This document shows positions 25,880 to 38,769 of a stretch of DNA of 64,000 nucleotides, in pieces. This DNA comes from Camelus ferus. Its lineage: Eukaryota. The stretch covers positions 24,120,001 to 24,184,000 of the forward strand of contig NC_045697.1 in the NCBI RefSeq assembly GCF_009834535.1, read 5' to 3'. The notes beneath the pieces were generated by a model. It did not search any database and was not told the origin of the DNA. It worked only from the letters and a program-made list of their open reading frames with translations. The stretch's first letter is position 1; every line of letters starts with the position of its first letter. The position numbers and the translations under genes were made by a program.

Positions 25880-26040
25880 TATTTTCTCTTCATAATGTCA
25901 TAATTGCAACAACAAGATAGATACTGATCATTATACCCATTTTGCAGATGGGAGAAATGTGGCAAGTTGATATATGTAACTTTCCCAAGGTTGGATAAAT
26001 ATCTGGCAGTGAAAATACATCCAGGGTTTTCTGGCTACTA
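25880..26040 (-). mobile_element. MIR SINE
   Basis: ATTATACCCATTTTGCAGATGGGAGAAAT...TAACTTTCCCAAGGT. Confidence 0.7.
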
Positions 26041-27484
26041 ATTTGCTCTTCGAATATGGCTGCCTCCATACAAAGAGCTGGCAGCTGTCTTATCCCTGGG
26101 CTCTTCACAGTGGTGATCTCAAGAGAAACAGCTAAAGGAAGGAAGACTGGAAGAGACTTAAGAGACTCACTACGGAGTAAAAATTGTACATTCTGTAGAA
26201 AACATGATGCAAGCATATCTATGGCAGAATAATCTAAACAAGAAGTCTTTTTAACAAAACAGCAGGATAGAACTCAAACTGAAGAGGTAATCACATAAAC
26301 AGAGCCGTACACTAGAAACTGTGATTGCTGCTGCAGACGTAGGTAGCTTTTGATCTATGGGCATTGTTGAAAACACTGAATTACTAAGCATTTCATTTCA
26401 GATACACATCCACACACCCACACCAATCATTGCTACTAGTACCACCTCTACCCAAAAAATAAAACCGTAAGTCCATTAAAAAGTAAACTTAAACTATGAG
26501 AAAAGTGAGAATTGGCATTCAGAAGTAAAAAGTTTGGCTGGTACATTTTGCACAGTCTCTTTTGTTTGTATAAAGGGAAGGGAATGCCCTGTCTACCCAT
26601 TGCCTCTGTCATATCAACATATATCTACTCTTTGAAAGTTCATCAGTCCTGAGGAAACTTACGACCTCTGGTGAAGAGAGAAGATTTGAGTATCCTAGTG
26701 CACTAGCAAGTAGTAGGTTACTTTGTTTAATATCAGTACCTAACTGAGGAGGAATGCAGGCTAGTGATTTATTTCACCCAGACGTAGAGGTGCTGTCCAG
26801 AATGGGATGTCCTTTAGGAAAGCATATATTGGCCATAGTCCTAGGAGTAAAAAGCAATTACTAATCTTCCAATCCATCGCCCGGGTGCATTCTTTTAGTA
26901 GGAAGAAGGGGGAACTGTACAATATTAATCTGGAGAATGTAGGTCAGTCAGAATATTATACCAACAATTGTAAGGAAAGTAGCAGCGATGGATTTTAAAA
27001 ATTCAAAGAAGTCTTGATACATCCACTAATAAGACACCAAAATGCTGTTAGTAGCAGATTCAAAGAAATGTATTGTTTGTGGTGATTAAACCCAGTGGGC
27101 CTACTTGTTTTACAAACAGTGTCTTGGCATCCTGTGTATAATTTGCATAGACAGAGCAGTAGCTCACATACACACAATACAGATCACATACAAACACATT
27201 TATATGCATATACATGTAAATATACACACATATGTATGCATATGCATGTGTATATAAATGTCAATGTCTTAACACACAAAACATTTAAAATATTTAGGTT
27301 GGATGCTTTCTATATGATCGATTCATTTTTTTATATTTTGATTTTTTTGACTGATGTGGGTGTTCTTTTCTACAAAAAATGTGGAATTTGACATCTAATT
27401 CTCCACTAGTTAAGCTCTTTTGAAGAGAATAAGACAAAAATGCCTCCTGATTGTGGTGGTTGACATTCTTTATGCTGCTATTAT

Positions 27485-27760
27485 TGTTTTTTTTTATTTT
27501 TCTTCACGCTTTATTAAGATATACCTGACGTAGAACATTGTGGAAGTTTCAGGTGTGAATGTAATGATTTTATATATGTATATACAGTAAAATGATTACC
27601 ACAATAAGTGTAGTTAACACATTCATCACCTTGCATAGTAACCTTTTTGTTTCATTTTGTTTTTGTGGTGAGAACTTTTAAGATATAGTCTCTTAACAAC
27701 TTTCAAATATACAATAAAGTATTATTAACTGTGGTCACTGTGATGTACATAAATTCTGAG
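27485..27760 (-). mobile_element. L1MA9-like 3' end
   Basis: T-rich tail; AAATGATTACCACAATAAG...GTGGTGAGAACTTTTAAGAT...AACTTTCAAATATACAATA; similar to 22390-22712. Confidence 0.8.
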
Positions 27761-29045
27761 GATATTTTCTTTTCTTGTTTTCTACATATTCTAAGCTCCT
27801 GTTGGCCTTCATCAACATAATGTACATGGAGGATACAGATTGAAATATCACACGTAAATCCAGGTTAGGGAACCCTCTGGTAGTTTAAGATTTTCAGAGA
27901 AGCTTGTGAGAAACTGTTTCCCTGATTCCCAGTTTTCCCATCCTGAATGAGGATGCAGAACAAACCAGGATTTCTCTGTGGTCCATTCTGGTAACTTAGT
28001 CTCAATGAAGGTACTAGAGGGCACAGTCCGTGTGTTCATGTTTCTGGGCACCACGCTATAGTGCTCTGATCCAAAGGGAAATAACTTTCTCATTTTCTGA
28101 ATGAAAAACATTCCTGATAGCTACAGCATGTCAAAGAAACTGTCAGAGACATTAATTCTAAACTTGAAACTTTGAGCATACAAACCACAGGATATAATTC
28201 AGCAAATTATACCTATACCTTGTGCAGTTTGTTGTCATTGTACAGAGAACCTTTATGAGAACATCACGGACGATTTTTATGTATATAGTAGATCATAAAC
28301 ATGGGTCGAGTCGGGAAGTTTTTTTTAAATTACCATGTTGTTCTGTTTGTTTGCTTTTTAATAATATGGCTAGCTGGTGCTTTTTTACCCCTGTTAGTTA
28401 TTTAATAATTTAAATTGAACAATTTTTCTTGTTGGTACACATACATATATCTAAAAGTAATGGAACCACGGAATAGTTTATTTGGGGAGATTTTAGCTTC
28501 AAAAACATGCGACAAATCTTTCTCTAATAATTTCACCATGTTTTTCTACTTATTTCTTCTTTCTGTTGTCTTCAAAACAGTTTTGGTTATAGTGGCAGAA
28601 GCTTACAGAAAACATTTGGCTAGTTGTCATGAGATGCTTACTACAGCTGGTTGAAGAATTAAAGTATGAATGGAATTTTTAAAAAATATTTTCCTGTGAA
28701 TTAAAATTATAATAATCTAATCTCTCTGCTCTTAAAATGCTACATAACCCATAAAAATTCCCAAATTTTACCTCGGGGAGATTACAAATGGTTCTTGTTC
28801 TCGACATTCAAGTTATGATAGGTCCCTGTCAACTGTTACTCTAGGGTATTAAACTTTGGATAATGGGGTGGAGAGGGTGGGAGCTTAGTCTCTGTGGACC
28901 TAAATTTACATTGTAATATTCCCTTGACCACCAGAGACTTTGAAAGGGATTCAGAATTCAGCCTGTTCAACAGTTACTCTAGTTAGCAAATGTTTCAGAT
29001 CGTTTACTCTTAATAATGACCTTGCTTGGCCAGGCTGCTTGCAAA

Positions 29046-29291
29046 TTTTTTTTTTTTAATTGAAGTATAGTCAGTTATAATGTGTCAATATCTGGTGTAC
29101 AGCATCATGTTTCAGTCATATATATATACACATACATAAATTTGTTTTCATATTCTTTTTATTATAGGCTATTACAAGATATTGAATATAGTTCCCAGTG
29201 CTATACAGAAGAAATTTGTGTTTTTTTTTCTAGTTTATACATAATACTTAGTATTTGCACATCTTGAACTCTCAAATTACCCCTTACCACC
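29046..29291 (-). mobile_element. Young 5'-truncated L1 3' end (cetartiodactyl/camelid-like)
   Basis: T12 then AATTGAAGTATAGTCAGTTATAATGTGTCAATATCTGGTGTACAGCAT...TTACAAGATATTGAATATAGTTCCCAGTGCTATACAG. Confidence 0.85.
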
Positions 29292-29719
29292 TATATGATT
29301 GTTTAACTTCTCAACTGAAGTTTTAAAAGGGAAACTCACTTGATCAAACTCATTTTCCCCATGTGTGTTCTTCACCAAAATAGAACCTTCATCATTTTTT
29401 TTTGCAAATAATTCACTATTTGCAAGTAGAAAACATCATAACTTCCATTTTTTAATGACAATCCATATGTAATCTCAGGAAATAATTAGTACTTATCAGT
29501 TTTTTTCTTCTCCTCAGTTTTTGGGGGTTTACGCCTATCTGGAAATTGTTTAAATTATTCATGGAGAACACAATTACTTTAACTAGTTGAATCTACCAAA
29601 GAGAGGAGACATGAGGGTTAGTTACCTACTCTGTTTTCTGTGAAGAATGAAAAGTAGTGACTGAGTGAATACAGTTGACTGAGTTGCAGTCCTGGTTGTT
29701 TGACATGGAATGTGTGCCT

Positions 29720-30243
29720 TCTCTTGCCTATACCACTTCAGTGCCCATAGGATCAATACCAAAGTACCAGCATGACCAAAAATGCCTTGCCTAATCTGGG
29801 CGAATCCGGTTCTCCAGCCTCATACTGAACCTCTCTTTTTCCAGGTTCTTACCCTCAATCCACTCCTATCTGCTTTTATTTCTTAAGGCTCCCATGTTCT
29901 TTTTGACTTGAGAAACATTTGATCTCTGCACTTGTAATGTTCTCCATTCCCTAAGTCATTTGTCTAGTTCTGCTCCTATTTCAAATCTCAGGTCAAATAT
30001 AGTTTCCTCAGGCAAAACTTTAAATCAAATATAGTTTGCACAGGTCACCAGGGACTAGGTCATTACACTGAAATATAAACTCAAAATTAGTTATCCCAAT
30101 CAGTTCTAAATTATTTGTGTATGTGGTTATTTGACTGAAACCTGAGTTTGCAATTCTTGAACGAACTTTTGATATTTTATCTTCAATACCTATCAGATTG
30201 CCTTGCACTATAGAGAAATTCAGAATATTTATGGAATAAATTG
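29720..30243 (+). mobile_element. L2 3' region
   Basis: TCTCCAGCCTCAT, TTTCAAATCTCAGGTCAAATATAGTTTCCTCAGG; ends GCACTATAGAGAAATTCAGAATATTTATGGAATAAAT. Confidence 0.6.
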
Positions 30244-30345
30244 GAAAATAATAATTATAACAACATTATGCTTAATATATACAAAATATTAAAATGAAAC
30301 ATATGCACATGCAGACTCAATCCTCATGGAAAATCTAGAGGTGAA

Positions 30346-30858
30346 CACATTAGGAAACAGTTTTCCATGGATCTCTCATGTTTTTGCCTATTTTGCAAAT
30401 AAGGCACTGTCCTTGGTTCTGAATTATCTTTCAAGGATATTTGTGTAGAGCAGTTTTGGGAGATAGAGATTGTGCCTTCCTCCAGAGCAAAAGATAGTAA
30501 TGCTTACTGTCCAGTACAATAGAGGTAATGTCTCCCTCCAGAGCAAAAGAGGCAAGCATGTTTATAGCCCTTTATGAAAGATTCAGGTTACCTAAAAGCA
30601 AGGGTCCTCTCCCATAGTACAACACATTGTGTACAAGTGTCATCAGGGCATTTTTGCATAGCTCTATGTGAATTGGGACTTAGAGAACCAGCATAAAAAT
30701 ATTGATAATCCAGCTACTGATATTGCCATGAGTAATAAGCCATTCTTCAACTTTAACCCAGGAGTTTCATGTCTTCTGCCAAGATCCATAAAACTATGAC
30801 AGAATAACCAGTTAGCCTGCAAGTAGAGCAAAATCTCAAAATTTTTATGTTTCTTACA
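30346..30858 (+). mobile_element. ERVL solo LTR, LTR40-like, with 5-bp TSD, inserted in a MIR
   Basis: GTGAA at 30341-30345 and 30859-30863; internal TCTTTCAAGGAT, TAATGTCTCCCTCCAGAGCAAA, ACCCAGGAGTTTCATGTCTTCTGCCA; flanks rejoin into a minus-strand MIR. Confidence 0.8.
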
Positions 30859-32353
30859 GTGAATATTATTATTATGCCTACTTGACAATAAATTGATCTG
30901 AAGCACAGTTAGGTGAAGTGAAGAAATATTTTACCTTGTATTATTTCAGCTTTATTATGCCCAATCAAAATGGCTAGAACTTAGTTGTTTTGTTTTTCAA
31001 TCAACCCCATTATAGAGACATGTCAAATATACTACACTAGACTAATAATTTGTCTGGGTATCAATTTATAATAGCATTCTAATGCCCACAGTGTTAAGGT
31101 TAACATACCAAATTATTATACAATTATATCAGGACGTGAAATACATTATCTATATACTTAATATTTATATGTAATAAATTATATATGATATCATTGTATA
31201 TCATTGACTTTCATTGGGGATTTTGTTTCAAATACTTAACTGAGAAATTCAGATTTTTAAAATTTTGGTTAAGTGTCCTATATTAACATATTCCTAATTA
31301 AATGAATTGGTTTAATTGTTGAATAATTTATGCATCTCTCAGATAGTTTCCATCTGAAACCCATTATGAATAGATACTAATTGAGTTATACTTTAACCAT
31401 GTAATGAGGAAATATATTGATATCAAAATAATTTTTATAATAAATTCAGTGTCTTATATGATAATCAGAAGGAAAATGATCTGAAAAATATAGATATAGT
31501 GATCTCAAACTAAGTAAAAATAAACATAAATTACTGAAGTGAAATAACCACATGAACTTGGCCAGATTTTTCTACTCAGCAGAACTTTAAGTATCAACAG
31601 TTCTCTTGTTAAATTTTTAAAGTAGTTTTTCTAAAATAATTGTGCTACTTTTATATGCAGAACATAATATAAAATAATATAAGATGTGATATAGATGTAA
31701 TTGGCTAGTTAACTTTATTTTTGCAAATAAATTGAATAATGTTAAAAGTACATTTTTAAAAAGACATTTGAATTAGCTACTTATAAGAAAAAAAATCAAA
31801 CTAACAAATTAATTTCCAAATCCTACTTCTCTGTTCCATATGTATGTAAGTGTAAGCATTAATTTACATGTCATCATAGTATTTCCCTATCAACAAAGTT
31901 CAGGGAATTATTTTGGTGCTTATTTTAGCAAGTTATAATGCGTCATCTTTCTCAGAGTTTCCAGTATAAGTGTTTTCTTACAGCATTCTTTTCAAATTGT
32001 CATTTACATAAGACAGGTAAGAGAAAGAGGTTACTGATCAAAGCTACTACAAACAACTATCCATTTAAGGACAGAGTCAGTCAATGCTTAGTAAAGAAAT
32101 GCTGGCTATTTTCTGGAGAAAATGTTGAATAAAAGTATGCTCCCTCAAACTGTATGTGTATATAAATTTTGTAGATGCAAGAGCACATTGTCAGAGATGC
32201 TGGTCTAATTACTAGTTATTGTCATTAAACAGTTTATTGTTGTTTGGGCCTATTGTTGGACTGTTGTCTCAAGTGAATCCAAATACTAAAGGTAGAAACG
32301 TAAAACATGGGCATAACTTTGCACCATGGAGGCAGTAAATTCATCTAAGTATA

Positions 32354-32563
32354 CAGTTGACCCTTGAACACTGTCGGGTTAGGGGCACTGACTCTGCTAA
32401 GTAGAATATTTGCAATTGCCTTTACAGTCAGCCTTCCATATCTGCTGTTCTGCAACTGCAGATTCAGCCATTGCAGATGGCTGAGTACAGATTTATTGGA
32501 AAAAAAAAATCACATGTAAGAGCACTCATGCAGTTCAAACCCACATTGTTCAAGGGTCAACTG
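32354..32563. mobile_element. Tigger2-type (TcMar) MITE, 210 bp
   Basis: Perfect 17-bp TIRs CAGTTGACCCTTGAACA (32354-32370) and TGTTCAAGGGTCAACTG (32547-32563); TA target duplication on both sides. Confidence 0.92.
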
Positions 32564-33029
32564 TACTTCGTACATTTTAGATGTCTTCTAGATTGTAAGT
32601 TCTGATTGTGAACCTGGCGTGGTCATTTTATGTGCCACAGAGAGTGAGATCTTGGTATTTTGAGTCATAAGTGATGGGAAGAACTACCAGAACCAGGCAG
32701 AGGGCTCCCAAATTACCTAGTTTGTGCATATTCTCAACCACCTGGATACATAATAAATGAAAATACCTTGGCCCAGCAGGACACAGCAACACATTCTAAT
32801 CTTATGAAAACCACTTGGACCAGCAAATTACAGTAGGTGTTGATAGTGGGACCATGTTGTTTTTACAGTTCAGGTGGTCAGAATATGATATTTCAGTCTG
32901 TCTGGGCCAAGCTGATGCTAGGAGAAGAAAAAATATCCACTTATCATGCTTTACCTGGTATTTCAACCTGGTAAAGTTTCCATTAAATAGAGTAGAAAAA
33001 TTTGGTGTTGGGGACCATTAAATGCAATA

Positions 33030-33110
33030 CAAATTCTAGCACACAATAGGCACTAAATTAATACCTTTTGAATGAATGAATTTATTTAAAATGAATAAGT
33101 GAATGAATAC
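33030..33110 (+). mobile_element. L2 3' tail
   Basis: CTAGCACACAATAGGCACTAAA...TTGAATGAATGAAT. Confidence 0.6.
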
Positions 33111-33654
33111 CTTAGGTGTATATGGCTCGGCTGTCTTTTGAAATACCCAGTTAAAATACAGGAGAGGTTATATAACAGTTTATTACTTGATTATCTAATC
33201 AATGTAACATCAATAAGGTGCTAAAGGATTAAGACAGTAGAACAAGCAAAATTTGAGCAGTAAAAATAAATGTGAGGACTCCAAATGATAGTGCATGGCA
33301 ACTGGATACCTTAATAGGGAGATATTAAAATGTAGTAATAAAAAGTCAATCACATTTAGACAGAATTGCATAGGGCCAGTCATGACTTTCAGTCTAGTCT
33401 TAACAAATTGAGCACATCTGCAAAGCAATATTAGTGTGTTTTAATTATTTCTGAAGAACTGTCCTGCTTAGTTCCCATGTAAAAGCAGAGCGGGGAATGA
33501 AGAGAGGACAGAAGAGATGGGGGAGAGTCGATAATGTTAGGTAGGTTAAACAAAGGCAAAAAAGTCTCCAGTGTTTAGAAAACGGTGAAGGGATCACTAA
33601 GTCTTTACTGTATCTCGTACAGAAACTCTAGAACTCAGAACTTTATATGTAAAT

Positions 33655-33692
33655 ATGTGTGTGTGTGTGTATGTGTGAGTGTGTATGTGTGT
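33655..33692. repeat. (TG)n microsatellite
   Basis: Directly visible, interrupted. Confidence 0.85.
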
Positions 33693-35499
33693 AGGCTGAA
33701 ATATAAATCAAAAAAGTAATATGTATAACTTTCCAAGTGTCCCCCAGTGTTTTGTATAACATCATTATCAGCAAAGTTTAAAATATTCAGAGTATAATTA
33801 TCTATCAGTAAATTTTCCACCCAAATAATTTAGACTTCACCAGTATACATAGTCACACACATGCACACACACAGGTGGATGGATGTATAGATTCATAGAT
33901 ACATAAGTAGAGTATTTTAACAGTGTACTATTACCTAACAACTAAGAAAATCTGGAATATTTTTTTCCCATTAGAACAATTTACAATTTAGAGCCTTATT
34001 CAAGTTGCTAAAACTTCATCATGACATCCTAACATATTTTTCAGGATTAATTAGTAGTTTTAATATATAGTAAGTATATTTTAGTAGCTTGCTGTAGAGG
34101 CCTATTATCCCAATTAAGAAATGTTTAAAATAGAAATCTGTTTTTTATGCAATTTTAATATGTTTTGGTTACTAGACTAAAATTTTAAAAAACTCTTCTG
34201 GTGGTATTCTTTTAGGGATTCTTTCACAGAAAGGGAATTAGAGCGGGAAGGGAGAAGTCATGTTAAAAAAGACTGTCCTAAGAAAATAACCACTGAAGGG
34301 AAATAAAAATAGAGGATGAAAAAAATGTCAGATGAACTTTCACACTGGAAGCATTGTTTAAGTTCATGGTATGTACAGTGTTTGAATTTCTATCCATAAA
34401 TTGTGTATGCAGCAGTATTTTCAAAGTGTCGTTTTGGCTGACATTCTAAAATACACAGTCCCATGTCCCAGAGTTTCTGTATACCCTGTCCCCTAATGTC
34501 TAAATTAAATAAGGCCTTCAATCTGTTAAATCAGGATCTATCCTCCAGAATATTTTCGACAACCAGCAGGGAACACTTACATATCTTAGTTGTTACTTGT
34601 CAAACCTTCCTCTGAATTTTTTGTTTCAAGCTTTTCTTCATTATTTCAAGCCATATCTTTTATCTTCAGCCACACCTTTGTAGTTTATTGCCAATCTTTT
34701 TTGCCTGTGAAAATGGACACAGCCTTTTCCTTTATTCCCGAAGACAGTGATAACACAGAACTACTTGGGGATATCATAGGCAATTTAAAACAGAAAATTT
34801 ATAAAATTGGATGTCAGACATCACTGTGTCTTACAGTTAATTGTCCATTTCTGGTCCAAGGACTTTCAGTCTGATCCCTGCTCCCCTCCCATCTCTTTCT
34901 TCTTAGCTTGAAGCTGCTTCTTAGATCTAAGGTCCAGGACTTTGACACCTGTTAAAGTGTTCAACGTATTTCCTCCTTTCTGCTCAACCTACACAATTAT
35001 TTATAATAAAATCTACCTCAGAAACATATTCATTCCTTTCTCATGAGGAAGGTATTTTACTAGTATCAAATGAATTATCTAAGAATCATAAGTGGATGTT
35101 TTTCTTAAATGTATGGAACTAAAGGATAATTCTGGATACTTTCCAGAATGAAAAAAGTCCATTGTTAATTGACTTGCTTTCCACATCACTAAAAATTGCT
35201 AGTGACTTTGAACATTAATTTTCTAACTAAAATAAAATTTAAAGTTTTTGCTTTTATGTATAGCAAGGCAAATGAAATATCTCTTCCAATAATTGCAATT
35301 CAAGTAATACAGATAGTTTCAGCTTTCTGGTTGGAGCTATTACAGTAGCTTTCAGTTCCATTAAACTAATGCTTGTTGATTTCCTGCAATTTATTAAGAC
35401 TTGGTAGACACCAAAGAAATATTCAACATCTGTCTTTGAGAAACATACTCTGCAATGAGATTTGATAGATTATACAGCTGACAGAAAGCCTCTGTGATC

Positions 35500-35539
35500 G
35501 CACACGTGCACGCAGACACACACACACACACACACACAC
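35500..35539. repeat. (CA)n microsatellite
   Basis: Directly visible. Confidence 0.9.
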
Positions 35540-36149
35540 CCAGGGCTACTCAAAATGCAAGGTTGAGACTATACTTTTGGTGCAATGCATGAGCCTTCAG
35601 AAAAGTTTCCCTTTCCTTGTAAGAAGTATTAAATAGCTTCTTTCTAAACTTTTAAAAACTTTTTGTCTGTTATTTACACTTTATTTCAACATTTCTTCCC
35701 TCATCATTTATTCCATTCAATTACATATCTGTACTTAGGATAGTAAAGTGCATCAGGATTCTTTGGGGGATAATAGTCAACATATAAATCTGCTCTGCCA
35801 TCTTCATCTACCAGTTTCACATGGATTGATAAAAACTGGTTTCCTTGAACTGCCTTTTTTATTACCAGATATAAATCTCTAATTTTATCTGTTTTCTAAC
35901 TACCTGTTTATATAATAATCTAAAAATAAATTTGGCAAATTTTCAAAACTAAAGTGTATCTGTTTTTGTACAAACAGTACATTCACCTAGGTTGAAAAAT
36001 TGTAGAATCACTTTTAACACATGTTATCCTTTGCTACGATCTGCTAATTGACTTCTCATAGAATTGTTCACTGATCAGTCTTTATTTTGCTTTTCATTGT
36101 AGAAGCCTGAGCACAGGTTCTTGTTACTTATATTTATAATGGGTCTCCT

Positions 36150-36905
36150 ACCTTGCTCCTAGGTCTCCTACTTGACTCCATCATGCTTAGTATTCACAGC
36201 TTTATTATGTATCTAAATTCCTATTCATTCTTTCTAGGAAACATTTAGTCATTGCAATTGGATAATTGGGTACATGTCTCCTCCTGTGATTGCCTTGATG
36301 TCAGGGGCCGTATTTTTTTGTGTTTCTCTCAATACCTGGCCCATATAAGGATCTGTAACTTTACTGTTGCTGTTGCTGAATGAAAGAATTAGCTAATCAA
36401 CCTCTGGACTACAATACCCTACAAAAAATCCAGAAATATGTGTTTTTCCTGCTTCAAAGCCTACATGATAAAAACTAAAGTCTTAGAGATGCAATTAGGG
36501 GTTTAGGCTCTCCACAATCTGCAGTTTCTTACTGGTCTCATTCTCTCTCACTATTTATTCCCTTATTTCAGTCAAACACGTGGTTGATACGCACATTTTC
36601 CTCACTTTTCTTTCTGTGAGCCTATGCTTGTAACACTCCCACTTGCATATGTTAATACATTTTCTTTATTTTACATCATCGCCATTTCACATCTCACCTC
36701 TTTTTAAGTTCAGTTGAAACACCACTTTCTTGCTGATGTCTTTCCTAATCACTCACTTTGGCAAAGATTCCTCTTTCATTACTCAGGGCACAGGACTTCT
36801 ATCTCTCACCTGCACCTGTAACATATAACCTTATTTTTAATTATTTATATACTCATCTCCTATTGTAGGTCACAAGTGCCTAATGAATGAATGAGTGAGT
36901 GAATG
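36150..36905 (+). mobile_element. Two decayed L2 fragments
   Basis: CAATACCTGGCCCATATAAG...TTGCTGAATGAA tail near 36330-36385; second copy ends TAATGAATGAATGAGTGAGTGAATGA. Confidence 0.5.
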
Positions 36906-38019
36906 AGAGTGGTATTTAAAGTGACCTTTAGTTGAAATGAAATTGCATATAGTTGAAGAAAGAGGCAAATGAACTAACTGAGGGAAAATAAGTTATTTAT
37001 TTTTAAATGTTGTCATTAAATGTCTAGAAGTAGCTCTATAATGAAAGAAGGGCATGTTAGGATCATTGTGTAGGCAATATTATATAAGATATACTAGTCC
37101 AATGAGCCCAGCCAGACTTATATTCTAAAATGTAATGTTAATATGACAGGAATAACCTTGTGCTAAAAACCCAAAACCCAGCTGTAATGGCATATTCATA
37201 AGGTTACCTATTATTTGGAAGGCCTGGGAAAACTGAAAGAACAATTCATAGATTTCCCACCTACTCCACCGCTGGAGATGGAGGAAGAGGATGTTCCTCT
37301 TTGGTCTCATAAGTGAAAAAATTCACCTTTATGTAAGCTTCTGTAAGCTTGTGCTTCTGCTTTATATAAGTGTTCTAGAAGTTCTTTTCCTTGCTTCTGT
37401 ACATAGCACATTTACATGCCGGCGTTTTGGCATTAAAATGAGTTGGCATTCTGTTTGTTACATGCCATTTTAGCAACCCTGGTATGATATGACCTCAAAG
37501 ACTTGCTCAGTATCTTCTACTCCAAGCCTTACAGAAGCTCAGCACGATAACTTCGCTTCAACACTTCAGCAATGATGAAAAAGTACAACTCACTTTTCTC
37601 TTCCTAGTCTACTCCACTTTCTAACTTTATCATCTGTTAAGATTGACATAAACAGAGAAAGGCTCTGAAAAGCTAACGTACATTTGTTACTGCTGTTACA
37701 TCTTTTCAAAAATTTGTCTAAAATATTTCCAATTGATTTGAATGTTCTGAGATCACAATTATTGTCTTTATTCATGTGTTTCTTTGTCATACTTATGAAC
37801 TATATTTCTTTGGTGAAGGGTAGCTAATGTATTTTCATTGTAATCTGGATAGATTAGGATGTTTATTTTCTCTGAAACATCAAAGAGACACAATTGTGCT
37901 CTCTGTGAAACACCTTCCATTAAGCACTGTTGCTATGACGCAGATGATTTGGAGCAAGGGCTAAAAACAGTTACCAACTCATTTCTCCCAAGGCCTTCAA
38001 AATGCTTGTCAACAGGAAA

Positions 38020-38203
38020 TGCTGAGACTTGATTAGACTAGTGTTACTGTATTCCCATAACATTTCTTCTCTGAGACTCATTTTCCTCATCTGCAAAAAA
38101 AATGAAGCTAAAAATACCCACCCCTGAGAATTTTCTTTGAAGAATAAAGATGTAGGATATGCAAAAGTGCCCAGCCTGTAACAGTGACTCAAAAATGTTT
38201 GTT
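38020..38203 (+). mobile_element. MIR SINE
   Basis: TCTCTGAGACTCATTTTCCTCATCTGCAAAA...ATGCAAAAGTGCCCAGC...CTCAAAAATGTTTG. Confidence 0.75.
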
Positions 38204-38769
38204 TCTCCTCTCCCTTTCTTCTTATTTGTTCATGTATATGTGAATAAAGTCCAATTCAGAAACAACTTGTTTTTAAAAGACTGATGCTAACATTTTGGGG
38301 GGAAGAATTTTGTGCCAATTTGTTTAAAAACATCTGTGAATAAACAGTAGTTGGAAAAATTGAAAAATAAAACTCTTAAATATTTAGATGAGCAGAAAAT
38401 CGTCGTGCAATTTTTACTTGTCAAATGTGAACATAGTTACTCTACCAGACACTGACCTGCACTACAGATTTCTATTAACAGAATCATAGAATGTTTTCTT
38501 TTACTAGGATTCCTAATAGTTCAAACAAAAGTTACCTACTCCTATTTGTGATGGATTGCTTGCCACCTTTGCCATTTAACATGCAATAAGGTGACAGGCA
38601 ACATTAGCTGAATTCTTCAGCCTCAAATTTGCTTCATACTTCTCACCCTCCAGTTGGGAATAAAGAGTTTCTATTGTTGAGGCAGAACATGAAGCCACTA
38701 TAGATCCTTAGCTAACTGGCGATGGATGATGGGCTGATAGACTGCAAGATTATGGAAACACAGGAATAT

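Noticed and set aside
24908..30858. Provirus bounded by the two LTR40-like elements
   Set aside because: LTRs are in opposite orientation, the second has its own TSD, and no gag/pol-like sequence lies between them
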